Source of the DNA: Deltaproteobacteria bacterium | Lineage (GTDB): Bacteria > Desulfobacterota_D > UBA1144 > Nemesobacterales > CSP1-2 | Reading direction: 5' to 3' | Length of the DNA stretch: 64,000 nt | Assembly: GCA_052390235.1 (NCBI GenBank) | Contig: JBQTHB010000002.1 | Location: forward strand, 384,001-448,000 | Shown here: piece by piece, positions 1-9,533 of the stretch | How the letters are laid out: the number at the start of each line of letters is the position of its first letter | Numbering within the stretch: the first letter of the stretch is position 1 | Program-made: the position numbers and the translations under genes | Notes under the pieces: generated by a model | Told to the model about the DNA's origin: nothing | Databases searched by the model: none | Seen by the model: the letters and a program-made list of their open reading frames with translations, nothing else

Positions 1-1
1 T

Positions 2-64
2 GACAACGTCGGCTTTATGAACGGAACTATGCTCTCAGTGGATGGAGGCTGGGTAGCGAAGTAG
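2..64 (+). CDS. 3' end of a short-chain dehydrogenase/reductase (partial)
   Basis: Reads DNVGFMNGTMLSVDGGWVAK*, matching the typical SDR C-terminal G..L.VDGG motif. Confidence 0.75.
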   Translation, partial: DNVGFMNGTMLSVDGGWVAK

Positions 65-172
65 GTTTTCGCAGTAGGAATTAAATTTCAGGGAAAAGGG
101 GGGGATGGGTAATCTCTCCTCTTCCTCCCTTGCTATTCTGACCATAGAATGTAACCTATTGCCTTCGTATTT

Positions 173-541
173 ATGAAACACCTAATCATCGCTAAGAAAC
201 AACGGTTCTCTAAACTTCAAAACGGCAGGTTCGTATCCACGCTGGTCTCGGCGCTGTCAGTATTTTTTCTCCTCTCCGTTTCGCTTCATGCGCACGGATA
301 CTCTCCCTCCGGCGGCGTATCGCTGGGAGCGGCGCACTCTCACTCCTCTGCAAAGGTCAGCCACTCGCCGGATTTCTGTCCCGTATGCCGCGCGGGGACA
401 AAGCTAAGACCCGCCGACGAGGCTTCGGAATTTCGCATTGGCTTATCTGCCAATACTCAGAACTATCTCGTCCTAGATGTTTTAATCCCGCATTTATTTC
501 TCGCCTCGGAGAAACCCTCCCGCTCGCCTCCGTCGGTCTGA
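173..541 (+). CDS. DUF2946-like small protein / putative metal-sensing leader
   Basis: Hydrophobic segment, HAH and HSH, CPVC, C-terminal RSPP; lies upstream of a metal uptake operon. Confidence 0.55.
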   Translation: MKHLIIAKKQRFSKLQNGRFVSTLVSALSVFFLLSVSLHAHGYSPSGGVSLGAAHSHSSAKVSHSPDFCPVCRAGTKLRPADEASEFRIGLSANTQNYLVLDVLIPHLFLASEKPSRSPPSV

Positions 542-728
542 TTCTGCGGCGGCAGGATTTTAATCTGATTCTTATGAGAATTCACTGTTCCCCCATCGGT
601 TGATTCTCACTGTCTTCGGATGTCGTTGCCGCCATAACTCCCTTATATAATTCGAAAATTCAATCCGACCCTATTATCACAATGAAAGCGCTCAGCGACA
701 AATACCGCTATTGCGCGGAGGTGAGCTA

Positions 729-2084
729 ATGATAAGGAATTACATATTGATTATAGCCGTTCTAATATTTTCCATCTCGGCGATGCCAATGGCGGCTCTT
801 GCCGAAAAAGACGGTATCAAACAACAGATGCAAGAGCTTCGGGAGCAAATGAAAGCCATGCAGCAGAGGCTGAACGAACTCGAAGAGAAAAACCAGATGC
901 TCGAAGATGAGTCCAAAGCTCAAAGAGTAAAATCCGAGGAAGCGATTGTGAAATCCGCCCCTCAACCTGACGGGGGCTATATTCAGCGGGTGATTCAGTC
1001 CCTCAATCCCGATATAAGCGCTATCGGGCTATTTTCAGCCGCCTATTTCTCTGAGGACGAGCCGTTTGTGCGCGCCGAAGCGGACCCCGAAAATACGGGA
1101 GTAAATCTTCAGGAAATCGAAATTGGTTTTCAGGCGAGTATTGACCCCTACCTCAGAGCGGACAGTTTCTTCTCCATAGGGCGCGAGGGGATAGAGACCG
1201 AGGAGGCTTACGCAACCACTCTGCTCACACTCCCGCTCAATCTGCAGATTCGCGCAGGGCTGATGAGGGCTAAATTCGGCAGAATAAACCTCCAGCATAG
1301 GCACGACCACGATTTCGCTACGCTTCCACTGCCTGCGGCGAGTTTTCTATCGGAGCATCTAAACCCCATCGGGGTGGAGTTTAATTTCCTTCTCCCGCTA
1401 CCGTGGTTCGCCGAGCTGAGCGCGTCCGTCAATAGCCCTGACGGTCTTGAAACCCCCACATTCGCCCGCGATGAAGACGCCAATGACCTCGCGCGCTTGC
1501 TGTACATATTCCACTCTTCCAATTTCTTTGAACTCAGCGAAGCCCTCTCGCTCAAGCTCGGAGCGTCCTTTGCCACTGGCGCAAACGGGACGGAGCCGGG
1601 AAGCCGCTCAAACCTCTACGGCGGGGATTTATTCGTGAAGTACCGCCCTCTGCGCGGGAGTAGCCCATATCAAGAACTATCCCTGCAGTCTGAATTTATC
1701 TATCAGCAGGCTGAGACCACCGACGCCGACCTCAACGACTGGGGCGGGTACGCTCAGGTTGTATATCGCTTCGCCAAGAGGTGGAACGCGGGAGCGAGAT
1801 TTGATTTCGTTGATACGGATGACCCCATATCGCTTTTGGAAGAAGAGGCGGGGATTGAGGAACTCGGCTTGAGAGTCGCAAGGACGGAAGAGGAAGAAGA
1901 GCCGTCGCTCGGACTCTTTGGCAAAGAGCTTAGGTACGCGGCGATGCTGACCTTCAACCCCAGCGAATTTTCCCGCATTCGGCTTCAGTACGAGTACTCC
2001 GACCCGGATTTTGCCGACTCCTCTCACGCGCTTTTCCTTCAGCTTCAGTATTCCATCGGAGCGCATGGGGCGCATAAGTTTTAA
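729..2084 (+). CDS. Outer-membrane beta-barrel protein of metal (Zn) uptake operons, with N-terminal coiled coil
   Basis: GGAGG SD before ATG 729; signal peptide; coiled coil; NPDIS, EEAY, HxHD and C-terminal GAHGAHKF motifs. Confidence 0.75.
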   Translation: MIRNYILIIAVLIFSISAMPMAALAEKDGIKQQMQELREQMKAMQQRLNELEEKNQMLEDESKAQRVKSEEAIVKSAPQPDGGYIQRVIQSLNPDISAIGLFSAAYFSEDEPFVRAEADPENTGVNLQEIEIGFQASIDPYLRADSFFSIGREGIETEEAYATTLLTLPLNLQIRAGLMRAKFGRINLQHRHDHDFATLPLPAASFLSEHLNPIGVEFNFLLPLPWFAELSASVNSPDGLETPTFARDEDANDLARLLYIFHSSNFFELSEALSLKLGASFATGANGTEPGSRSNLYGGDLFVKYRPLRGSSPYQELSLQSEFIYQQAETTDADLNDWGGYAQVVYRFAKRWNAGARFDFVDTDDPISLLEEEAGIEELGLRVARTEEEEEPSLGLFGKELRYAAMLTFNPSEFSRIRLQYEYSDPDFADSSHALFLQLQYSIGAHGAHKF

Positions 2085-2115
2085 GCTCATCACATAACTT
2101 TAGGAGACACTTCAA

Positions 2116-3042
2116 ATGAAAATAACACTATTCAAATTAATCGCCGCAGTAGCAATGTTTCTGTTGTTACCCCTGTCCGAGGCGTCGGCTAAGTTAAAAG
2201 TCGTCGCCACAGTACCCGACCTCGCCTCAATTGTCTCTGAGGTCGGAGGGGATAGGGTTGAGGTCAAATCCATCGCCAAGGGCTATGAGGACCCGCATTT
2301 CGTCTCGCCAAAGCCCAGTTTTGTTCTCATGCTCAATAAAGCTGACCTCCTGCTCCACGCCGGTCTCGATAACGAAGCGGGTTGGCTTCCGGCGCTTATC
2401 ACTGGGGCGAGGAATTCGGCAATCAACATTGGGGGGCAGGGGAATCTCGATTGCTCGTCGTTTGTGGCTAATATCCTAGAAATCCCGACGAGTAAGATTG
2501 ACCGCAGCATGGGGGACGTTCACCCCGGAGGAAATCCACACTACCTACTAGACCCTAGAAACGCCGCTTTCGTAGCCCGCGGGATTGCCGATAAGCTCGC
2601 GAGCCTAGACCCCGAAAACGCATCTTACTACCGCGAGCGCCTTGGGGATTTTACCACCCACCTGAGCGCGAAAATCAAGACCTGGGAATCGCGCCTTGCC
2701 CCGCACAAAGGGGTGGAGATTGTAACCTATCACAAGAGCTGGGTTTACTTCTCCAATTGGGCCGGATTCAGCGAAGCGGGCTATGTTGAACCCGTGCCGG
2801 GGATACCGCCGTCGCCCTCTTATGTGGCGGATTTGATACGGAAAATGCAGGCGATTCGCCTCAGACTCGTCATTGCCGAGTCGTTCTATCCGCAGAAGAC
2901 CCCGGCAATTGTCGCCCAGAAGGCAGGCGCGGCGTTTGTTACGCTTCCCTCAAGCGTCGGCGGCAGGGACGATGTGAAAACGTACTTTGACCTCTTTGAC
3001 GTTATAGTTGGCGAGATTGTGGCGAAGCTCGCGGCAAAGTGA
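2116..3042 (+). CDS. znuA: Zn/Mn ABC transporter substrate-binding protein (ZnuA family)
   Basis: EDPH, GDVHPGGNPHY, TYH motifs; signal peptide. Confidence 0.85.
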   Translation: MKITLFKLIAAVAMFLLLPLSEASAKLKVVATVPDLASIVSEVGGDRVEVKSIAKGYEDPHFVSPKPSFVLMLNKADLLLHAGLDNEAGWLPALITGARNSAINIGGQGNLDCSSFVANILEIPTSKIDRSMGDVHPGGNPHYLLDPRNAAFVARGIADKLASLDPENASYYRERLGDFTTHLSAKIKTWESRLAPHKGVEIVTYHKSWVYFSNWAGFSEAGYVEPVPGIPPSPSYVADLIRKMQAIRLRLVIAESFYPQKTPAIVAQKAGAAFVTLPSSVGGRDDVKTYFDLFDVIVGEIVAKLAAK

Positions 3043-3179
3043 TGCGTGCAGAGATATTGCCCTCGCCCCCTCCGGCTGTGCGAGGCGGGGGGAGGGCGCC
3101 GAACTGCGGCGGTATTTCGGGCGCAGATGGATAGAACTTCAAGAGACGTAACGCGCTATTCCGGTAAAAATGAGACGCT

Positions 3180-3917
3180 ATGGCAGCAGCAGATTCATCC
3201 GCGCTAATAGAGCTTAAAAACGTAACCCTCGGCTACGACAGCGCCGTTCTGCGCTCGGTAAATCTATCCATTAGGCGCGGGGAGCGCTGGGGAATTATAG
3301 GGCCCAACGGGGGCGGCAAAACGACTCTCCTCAAGACAATTATCGGGTTGATTCCCCCTCTGGCGGGCAGTGTGGAGTCCAAAGAGAAACTCGTGTTCGG
3401 ATACGTCCCGCAGAGAGACTCATTCGATTCCCTATTCCCCCTCTCGACTCTCGAGGTGGTTTCAATGGGCAGATATAGCCGTGTCCGCGTGGGGGGCAGG
3501 CTCAATAACGAGGATTTGTCCATAGTCCATAGCGCGCTGGTAAAACTCGGAATAGAACGCCTCGCCCGACACCCTTTTCGGTCTCTTTCGGGCGGAGAGA
3601 AACAGCGCGCCCTCCTCGCCCGCGCCCTCGCCGGCGAGCCGGATATTCTCGCCCTCGATGAGCCGACGGCGTCCGTTGACCTAAAGGGCGAACTTCAGAT
3701 TATGGAAACTGTAAACAGCATCAAAATCGAATCGAATCTTGCGGTGATTATCGTGAGCCATTACCTAGGCACAGTGGCTAGGTTTGCGGACAGAGCCGCC
3801 CTCGCCGATAAGGACAATCAAACCTTCCTATCAGGAGGCGTGAGGGAAGTCATTACCTCTGAGGTTCTAAGTGGCGTTTTCGGATTGGATGCGTTTGGGA
3901 TGCGCGATGCGAGATGA
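3180..3917 (+). CDS. znuC: Metal ABC transporter ATP-binding protein
   Basis: GPNGGGKT, GYVPQ, LSGGEKQR, LDEPT. Confidence 0.88.
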   Translation: MAAADSSALIELKNVTLGYDSAVLRSVNLSIRRGERWGIIGPNGGGKTTLLKTIIGLIPPLAGSVESKEKLVFGYVPQRDSFDSLFPLSTLEVVSMGRYSRVRVGGRLNNEDLSIVHSALVKLGIERLARHPFRSLSGGEKQRALLARALAGEPDILALDEPTASVDLKGELQIMETVNSIKIESNLAVIIVSHYLGTVARFADRAALADKDNQTFLSGGVREVITSEVLSGVFGLDAFGMRDAR

Positions 3918-3980
3918 TGCGGGATTTGTCCTAAATCTGGAATTTCCCACTGCGCTTTATGATTTGCCACCGGAGGGGGA

Positions 3981-4850
3981 TTGCACGGAATAGGCGAATT
4001 TGCCGACAGCTATTTTCTATGGCGAGACCCGATGATAGTGGGCATTGCGGCAGGAGCGGTTTGCGGCTTTCTCGGCGTGTATGTAGCGCTTCGGCGCATC
4101 ATATTCGTCAGCGCGGCCCTCACGCAGGTGTCGAGCTTAGGCGTTGCCCTCGCGTTCTACCTTCAAGGGTTAGCCTCTCACGGCTCGTTTGTGAGCGTGA
4201 TAAACCCGTTTGGCGTATCGCTTGCCATGACCGCTATTGCTTCGGGATTTTTCGCGCTCAAGAAAAATTATACTCGAATCAGCCAAGAGGGGGTCATAGG
4301 GTTTTTCTATGTTCTCGCATCGGGAATGGTAATAATCCTCTCAGAGCGCGCCGCCAAAGGGGCGCACGACATCTCGGACATCCTCTTCGGGAGCGCAGTC
4401 GTGGTGTCGCAGGCGGACGTTTGGGGGGTTCCTACCGCCGCTCTTCTAATTCTAGCTATACATCTGGTTTTTTTCAAGGATTTTCTCTTCGTCTCGTTTG
4501 ACCCTGAGATGGCATCGCTGTTTGGGTATCCGGTTAGGGCGCTCAATTTGGCTCTGATGCTCACGATAGGCGTCGCCGTTGCCGTCTCAACGCGGGCAAT
4601 AGGCGCGCTTCCGGTGTTTGGTTTAATGGCTCTGCCCGCTCTCGCCGCGCTCTATCTCACGGAGAATATAATTTGGGCATTTATCCTCTCGGCTTTAATT
4701 GGAACGGCGTCGGCGGGGCTTGGATATTTTTTCTCGTTTCTCCTCTCGATTCCAACCGGCGCGGCGATGGCGGCGATGGCGGCGGCATTTTTTCTCATTG
4801 CGTGGTTGTGGAGAGCTATAAAACCCCGCCTAATCCCGCGGGCTCAATAA
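3981..4850 (+). CDS. znuB: Metal ABC transporter permease (ABC-3)
   Basis: Multi-TM; LFGS, SFDPEMA, PTGA motifs; TTG start after GGAGG. Confidence 0.85.
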   Translation: MHGIGEFADSYFLWRDPMIVGIAAGAVCGFLGVYVALRRIIFVSAALTQVSSLGVALAFYLQGLASHGSFVSVINPFGVSLAMTAIASGFFALKKNYTRISQEGVIGFFYVLASGMVIILSERAAKGAHDISDILFGSAVVVSQADVWGVPTAALLILAIHLVFFKDFLFVSFDPEMASLFGYPVRALNLALMLTIGVAVAVSTRAIGALPVFGLMALPALAALYLTENIIWAFILSALIGTASAGLGYFFSFLLSIPTGAAMAAMAAAFFLIAWLWRAIKPRLIPRAQ

Positions 4851-4879
4851 CCGCGAGTAAGAGGTGGGGGGAGGCGGAT

Positions 4880-5284
4880 TTACGGATTTTCCATCAGCGC
4901 CTTGACCTTGATATTCAAGCAGGAGTTGCATACGCCGGCGAAGTAGAAGAAATGATCCGTAATCTTGTAGTCCATCTCGTCCTCGATGTTGCGCTGGATT
5001 TCGTCGGCGAAACACCGCGCGAATTCTCGAATCTCGGAGCAGGATTTGCAAAATAGAAAATGCGCGTGTTCCCTCTTTGCGCTGTAGAAGAATCTCCCGT
5101 CAACTGAGAACGATATGGATTTGATAAGCCCATTTTTGGCGAGGAAATCAAGCGCCCTGTAAATGGTCGAGAGGTTCGGCTTGACTGTGGTTTTATCGTG
5201 GATCTCTCTGACCGTTAGCGGCTTTTCGGATTGTTCGATGACACTTAGGATCTCTCTTCTTAGGTCGGTGAAACTTAGCTTCAT
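4880..5284 (-). CDS. Fur-family regulator, probably Zur
   Basis: STIYRAL, HAHFLFCKSC and GVCNSC; sits within the zinc cluster. Confidence 0.85.
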   Translation of the reverse strand: MKLSFTDLRREILSVIEQSEKPLTVREIHDKTTVKPNLSTIYRALDFLAKNGLIKSISFSVDGRFFYSAKREHAHFLFCKSCSEIREFARCFADEIQRNIEDEMDYKITDHFFYFAGVCNSCLNIKVKALMENP

Positions 5285-5437
5285 AGTGTCAATTTAAACC
5301 TAAATTTTCTGCTTTTCAATATTATCAGGAGATAAATTTTAATATAACGCAAATACATCGCGCCAATTATTTGCATTACTGGAAATGTCCGGCTATTATC
5401 TTCCATCTGAATAATCCACTAGGAGGTCATCTGCAAT

Positions 5438-6616
5438 ATGCCTCGGAGAGCTAAAACTTGGGACATAGTTATCGTAGGCGCTGGAGCGGCGGGCGTAGGG
5501 TTTGGGGCTCTGCTCCAGTTTCTTGAGCTTCGGAATTTCACTATTCTCGAACGCCATGAAGTGGGGGCGTCTTTCAGCCGCTGGCCCAAGGAGATGAGAT
5601 TTATCTCCCCCTCTTTTTCGAGCAACTCGTTTGGGCTTGTGGATTTAAACGCCGTAACCCCGAACACCTCCCCCGCCTTCACGCTGAAAACCGAGCATCC
5701 CTCGGGCGGAGACTACGCCTCATATCTCATGGGAGTATCCAAGCGCTTCAAGCTCCCATTGCAGCTAGGAATTGACGTCCTCTCGATGGAGTCTCGCAAA
5801 GGGCGCGGGTTCATACTTCATACCTCACACGGGGACATCTCAAGCAGGTTTGTCGTATGGGCGGCTGGGGAATTTCAATACCCGCGCGCAAACGGCATCC
5901 CCGGCGCAGAACACTGCATTCATAGCTCATCCGTTTCCTCTTGGGCGGAGCTTCCGGGGGACGAACACGTCATTATAGGGGGCTATGAGAGCGGCATTGA
6001 CGCCGCCGTGAACCTAGCCGCCCTCGGCAGACGCGTAACGGTTATAGATAAAAAAGATACGCTCAAAGCCGACTCAAGCGACCCGAGCTGTAATCTCTCT
6101 CCCCACACTATGGACAGACTCCGCCGCGCCTCCTCGCTAGGGGAAATTAAGCTCGTCTCGGATGTTTCTGTGTCGAAAATCGAGCGCGCCGAAGCGAGCT
6201 ATACGGTCTCAAACGGCGCAGGGGTAATGTTCAGCGTTGATACCCCTCCGATACTCGCAACGGGCTACGCGGGAAGCCTAGGACTCATCGCTCCCCATTT
6301 CCAGTGGCATGAGAAGCGCTACCCTCTCCTCGGCGATAGCGACGAATCTACCATCGCCCCCGGGCTCTTTCTCATAGGCCCTGCGGTGAGGCACGGGGAG
6401 CTCAATTTCTGCTTCATTTATAAATTCCGACAGCGATTCGCCGTGGTCGCCAAGGCTATAGTCGAGCGGCTCGGAGCGGAGGTGGACGCTACGGCTTTTG
6501 ATTTCTATCGCCAAAAGGGGATGTTCCTCGACGACCTGTCGTGCTGCGGCGAAGAGTGCGCGTGCGGCCCGGCGGAATCAGGGCATAAGCACAACAAAAG
6601 CGGCGGCGATGCGTGA
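5438..6616 (+). CDS. NAD(P)/FAD-dependent oxidoreductase with Cys-rich C-terminus
   Basis: GAGAAG, GGYESG, LATG; ends DDLSCCGEECAC. Confidence 0.8.
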   Translation: MPRRAKTWDIVIVGAGAAGVGFGALLQFLELRNFTILERHEVGASFSRWPKEMRFISPSFSSNSFGLVDLNAVTPNTSPAFTLKTEHPSGGDYASYLMGVSKRFKLPLQLGIDVLSMESRKGRGFILHTSHGDISSRFVVWAAGEFQYPRANGIPGAEHCIHSSSVSSWAELPGDEHVIIGGYESGIDAAVNLAALGRRVTVIDKKDTLKADSSDPSCNLSPHTMDRLRRASSLGEIKLVSDVSVSKIERAEASYTVSNGAGVMFSVDTPPILATGYAGSLGLIAPHFQWHEKRYPLLGDSDESTIAPGLFLIGPAVRHGELNFCFIYKFRQRFAVVAKAIVERLGAEVDATAFDFYRQKGMFLDDLSCCGEECACGPAESGHKHNKSGGDA

Positions 6617-6635
6617 ATAATTTGAGGACAGGATA

Positions 6636-8276
6636 ATGACAAATATGACCGACATAGTAGTTATAGGCAAAGAAAACACGGGCAAATCCCAGTTAATAGC
6701 GTCGCTTACTGGAAAGCCCGCCTACAGCGCGAATTTCAGAGGCTCTACGGTCTCCTGCGACGCTTACTCCGCCGGCGGATATACGTTCTATGACACCCCC
6801 GGGATAATGCGCCAGTCCGACGCCGAGACTACGCGCATTGCCCTTGGCAAACTCCGCGAGGCAGAATGCCCGGTGCTTATGATTGCCAAAGCCACCCACC
6901 TTGACGAGGATTTATCAGACCTTCTGCCTCTTGCCGAGGGCAGGAGCGGCATCGTCGGCGTTACGTTTTGGGATAAAGTCCATCGGCGAAACTCGGACGA
7001 TGCGATACGGCGGCTCAGCGCTTCCTCGGGGCTTAGATTTATCTGCGTTGACGCGCGGCGTATGACTGATGCCCAGATAGGCGAATTCTACGCCTCCATT
7101 GCCGAGCCTTCGCCTTTTCCCGCCAAGGTGTCGGCGCGCGCAGGATGGCGAATAGAGCCAAAGCCGACGCTTCTGGAAACTCCGATTCTGGGGCAAATCC
7201 TCGCGCTTTTGCTTTTATTTCTGCCTGCGATTGCCGCCGTGTGGCTTGCCAACGGTTTTGCCGAGAGCGCGGACCCGATAGTAGCCGGATTCATTGCCCC
7301 TATCATAGCTTCGGCTGCTGCGCTGCCCGCCCCTCTGCAAGAGATTGCCGCGGGCAGATACGGCTTTTTGACGATGTTTCCCCTGCTCTTTGTCTGGGCA
7401 GCGCCTACGGTGCTGATTTACGCCCTATATCTCGGAATTTACAAGGCTAGCGGCCTCATTGAGAGAATCACATCTGCCCTTCATCCGCTGATGCGTCCGT
7501 TTGGACTCGCTGGCAGGGATTTGGCGCGGGTCGTAATGGGGTTTGGGTGCAACGTGCCTGCGGTGATAAGCTCGCGCTCTGCTTCGGCCTGCTCTCACGG
7601 GACTTGTCTCTCGGCGATAGCGTTCGGCTCGGCGTGTTCGTATCAGATGGGGGCGACGCTTGCCGTGTTCTCAGCCGCCGCAATGAGCTGGCTCGTTTTC
7701 CCTTATTTGGCATATCTCGCGCTGACGACCCTTGTCTATAGCCGCTTGGTTGCCCCGAAAGAAGCCCGCTCAAAACTCAATCTGCTCGTCGTCGAGGGGA
7801 GGACGTTTCTCGAATTCCCTAAGATGGGCAGAATTTGGGCTGAGGCGCGGGGGACGATAGCCGAATTTTTCCTCAAGGCGATACCTATTTTCATCCTGAT
7901 AACCGCCATTGCCTCTGCGCTCAGCTACATTGGCGTGATAGAGCTTTTGGGGGGAATTCTCTCGCCTGCGATGGGCGTTTTCAATCTGCCATCGGATGCC
8001 GCCATGGCGACGGCGCTTGCCTCGGTGCGCAAGGATGGGATTTTGCTCTTTACCGAGTCTGCCGGGTTGGCGCAGATGACGGCGCTTCAGGTACTTACGG
8101 GGGTGTACCTTGCCGGAGCGCTTCTGCCCTGCCTTGTAACTGCGATAGCCATCGGGAGGGAGAGGTCTGCGCGCTTTGTCCTCGCGCTCATGGGAAAACA
8201 GGCGGCGGCGGCTTTGGTGTTCTCTGCAATACTCGCATGGGTAGGGCTGGCGGCGGCGAGGCTCTTTGGATATTAG
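6636..8276 (+). CDS. FeoB-like GTPase fused to gate-type membrane domain
   Basis: GKENTGKS, NFRGST, DTPG; MGFGCNVPA and LLPCL membrane motifs; shorter than canonical FeoB. Confidence 0.78.
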   Translation: MTNMTDIVVIGKENTGKSQLIASLTGKPAYSANFRGSTVSCDAYSAGGYTFYDTPGIMRQSDAETTRIALGKLREAECPVLMIAKATHLDEDLSDLLPLAEGRSGIVGVTFWDKVHRRNSDDAIRRLSASSGLRFICVDARRMTDAQIGEFYASIAEPSPFPAKVSARAGWRIEPKPTLLETPILGQILALLLLFLPAIAAVWLANGFAESADPIVAGFIAPIIASAAALPAPLQEIAAGRYGFLTMFPLLFVWAAPTVLIYALYLGIYKASGLIERITSALHPLMRPFGLAGRDLARVVMGFGCNVPAVISSRSASACSHGTCLSAIAFGSACSYQMGATLAVFSAAAMSWLVFPYLAYLALTTLVYSRLVAPKEARSKLNLLVVEGRTFLEFPKMGRIWAEARGTIAEFFLKAIPIFILITAIASALSYIGVIELLGGILSPAMGVFNLPSDAAMATALASVRKDGILLFTESAGLAQMTALQVLTGVYLAGALLPCLVTAIAIGRERSARFVLALMGKQAAAALVFSAILAWVGLAAARLFGY

Positions 8277-8379
8277 ACGGCGCATTTGTCTGTCAATGGT
8301 TAATCCAACCCGGGGCGGCAGGGGAGTGATTTATCGGAATATTGGGGATTAGCGTCATTTCTCGAATATGCGAGGGTAC

Positions 8380-9147
8380 ATGGAAATCTGGTTGTTTGCT
8401 ATTTTCGGCAGCGTTCTTATAAGCGTTTTTTCAGTAGCGGGCGCGTTTACAATTTGGATGAATGAGAGCCGCCTTAAACGGGTTGTCCCGTTTTTGGTGA
8501 GTATGGCTGTAGGGGTTCTCCTCGGCGATGCGTTTGTTCACCTGCTTCCCGATGCCAATGAATTACTAGGCTCGTTCAGGGCGGTTTCCCTCTATACGGC
8601 GGCGGGGATACTGCTATTTTTTGCGCTGGAGAAGGCGGTCAGGTGGCGGCACGACCACAGCATCGGACAGAGCGCGGCGCAGGATGGAATAAAGCCGCTT
8701 GCCAAGATGAACCTCATCGGCGACGCAGTGCATAACTTCACCGACGGCGCGCTAATAGCGGGCAGTTTCCTTGCGAGTCCCGCGCTCGGAGTAACCACTA
8801 CGATAGCCATCATAGCCCATGAAATCCCTCAGGAAATAGGGGACGTCGGCGCTCTCATTTACGGAGGATACAAGCCGCGAAGAGCGGTATGGCTCAATTT
8901 TCTCTGCTCCCTTACCTGCCCGCTTGGGGCTGTATCCACTCTAATTCTGGGGACGTTTATAGGCAATTCGCTGCCGTTTCTGCTCCCAGTAGCTGCCGGA
9001 GGGTTTATATATATTGCCGTATCCGACCTCATGCCCGCCCTTCATTACCGCTCTCCGGTTTACGTCCACATCGCTCAGGTGGCGATAATAGCGGGAGGGA
9101 TTCAGGCTATGAGCTTGGTGGGGACGCTGGAGAATCTCTTGAAATAG
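8380..9147 (+). CDS. ZIP family metal transporter
   Basis: GDAVHNFTDG and AHEIPQEIGD signature. Confidence 0.9.
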   Translation: MEIWLFAIFGSVLISVFSVAGAFTIWMNESRLKRVVPFLVSMAVGVLLGDAFVHLLPDANELLGSFRAVSLYTAAGILLFFALEKAVRWRHDHSIGQSAAQDGIKPLAKMNLIGDAVHNFTDGALIAGSFLASPALGVTTTIAIIAHEIPQEIGDVGALIYGGYKPRRAVWLNFLCSLTCPLGAVSTLILGTFIGNSLPFLLPVAAGGFIYIAVSDLMPALHYRSPVYVHIAQVAIIAGGIQAMSLVGTLENLLK

Positions 9148-9162
9148 AGGAGGCAAAGTAAA

Positions 9163-9444
9163 ATGTGCGATTTTTTCAAAACTAAAAAGGACAATCTCGA
9201 CTATATTGATAAAATTAAAAAATGGGTCGCCCTAGAGTTCGAGCTTCCCCAAGAGGCGTCCATAATGGTAACCGAGGTGAAATGCGAAAAACCCGACTGC
9301 CCGCCTCACGAGACTGTAATCGCCATCCTGGACACCCCGCCAAGAAGGTACAAGCTGATGAAGGGCATCAAGGACGTAAGGCATCTCGACGTGGCAGGCT
9401 TAGCCGAGGGGGAGAAGCTCGCCGCTCTAAGCTGCGATTGCTAG
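9163..9444 (+). CDS. Small Cys-containing hypothetical protein
   Basis: GAGGAGG SD; EVKCEKPDCPPHET motif; C-terminal CDC. Confidence 0.7.
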   Translation: MCDFFKTKKDNLDYIDKIKKWVALEFELPQEASIMVTEVKCEKPDCPPHETVIAILDTPPRRYKLMKGIKDVRHLDVAGLAEGEKLAALSCDC

Positions 9445-9533
9445 TGAAATGGCAACATGAATCGCAATTCTGTTTGTGCTCGCTCATATACGGCGAAGTT
9501 CCATTTAATAAATATTAAGGAGGTAATCCCGAC

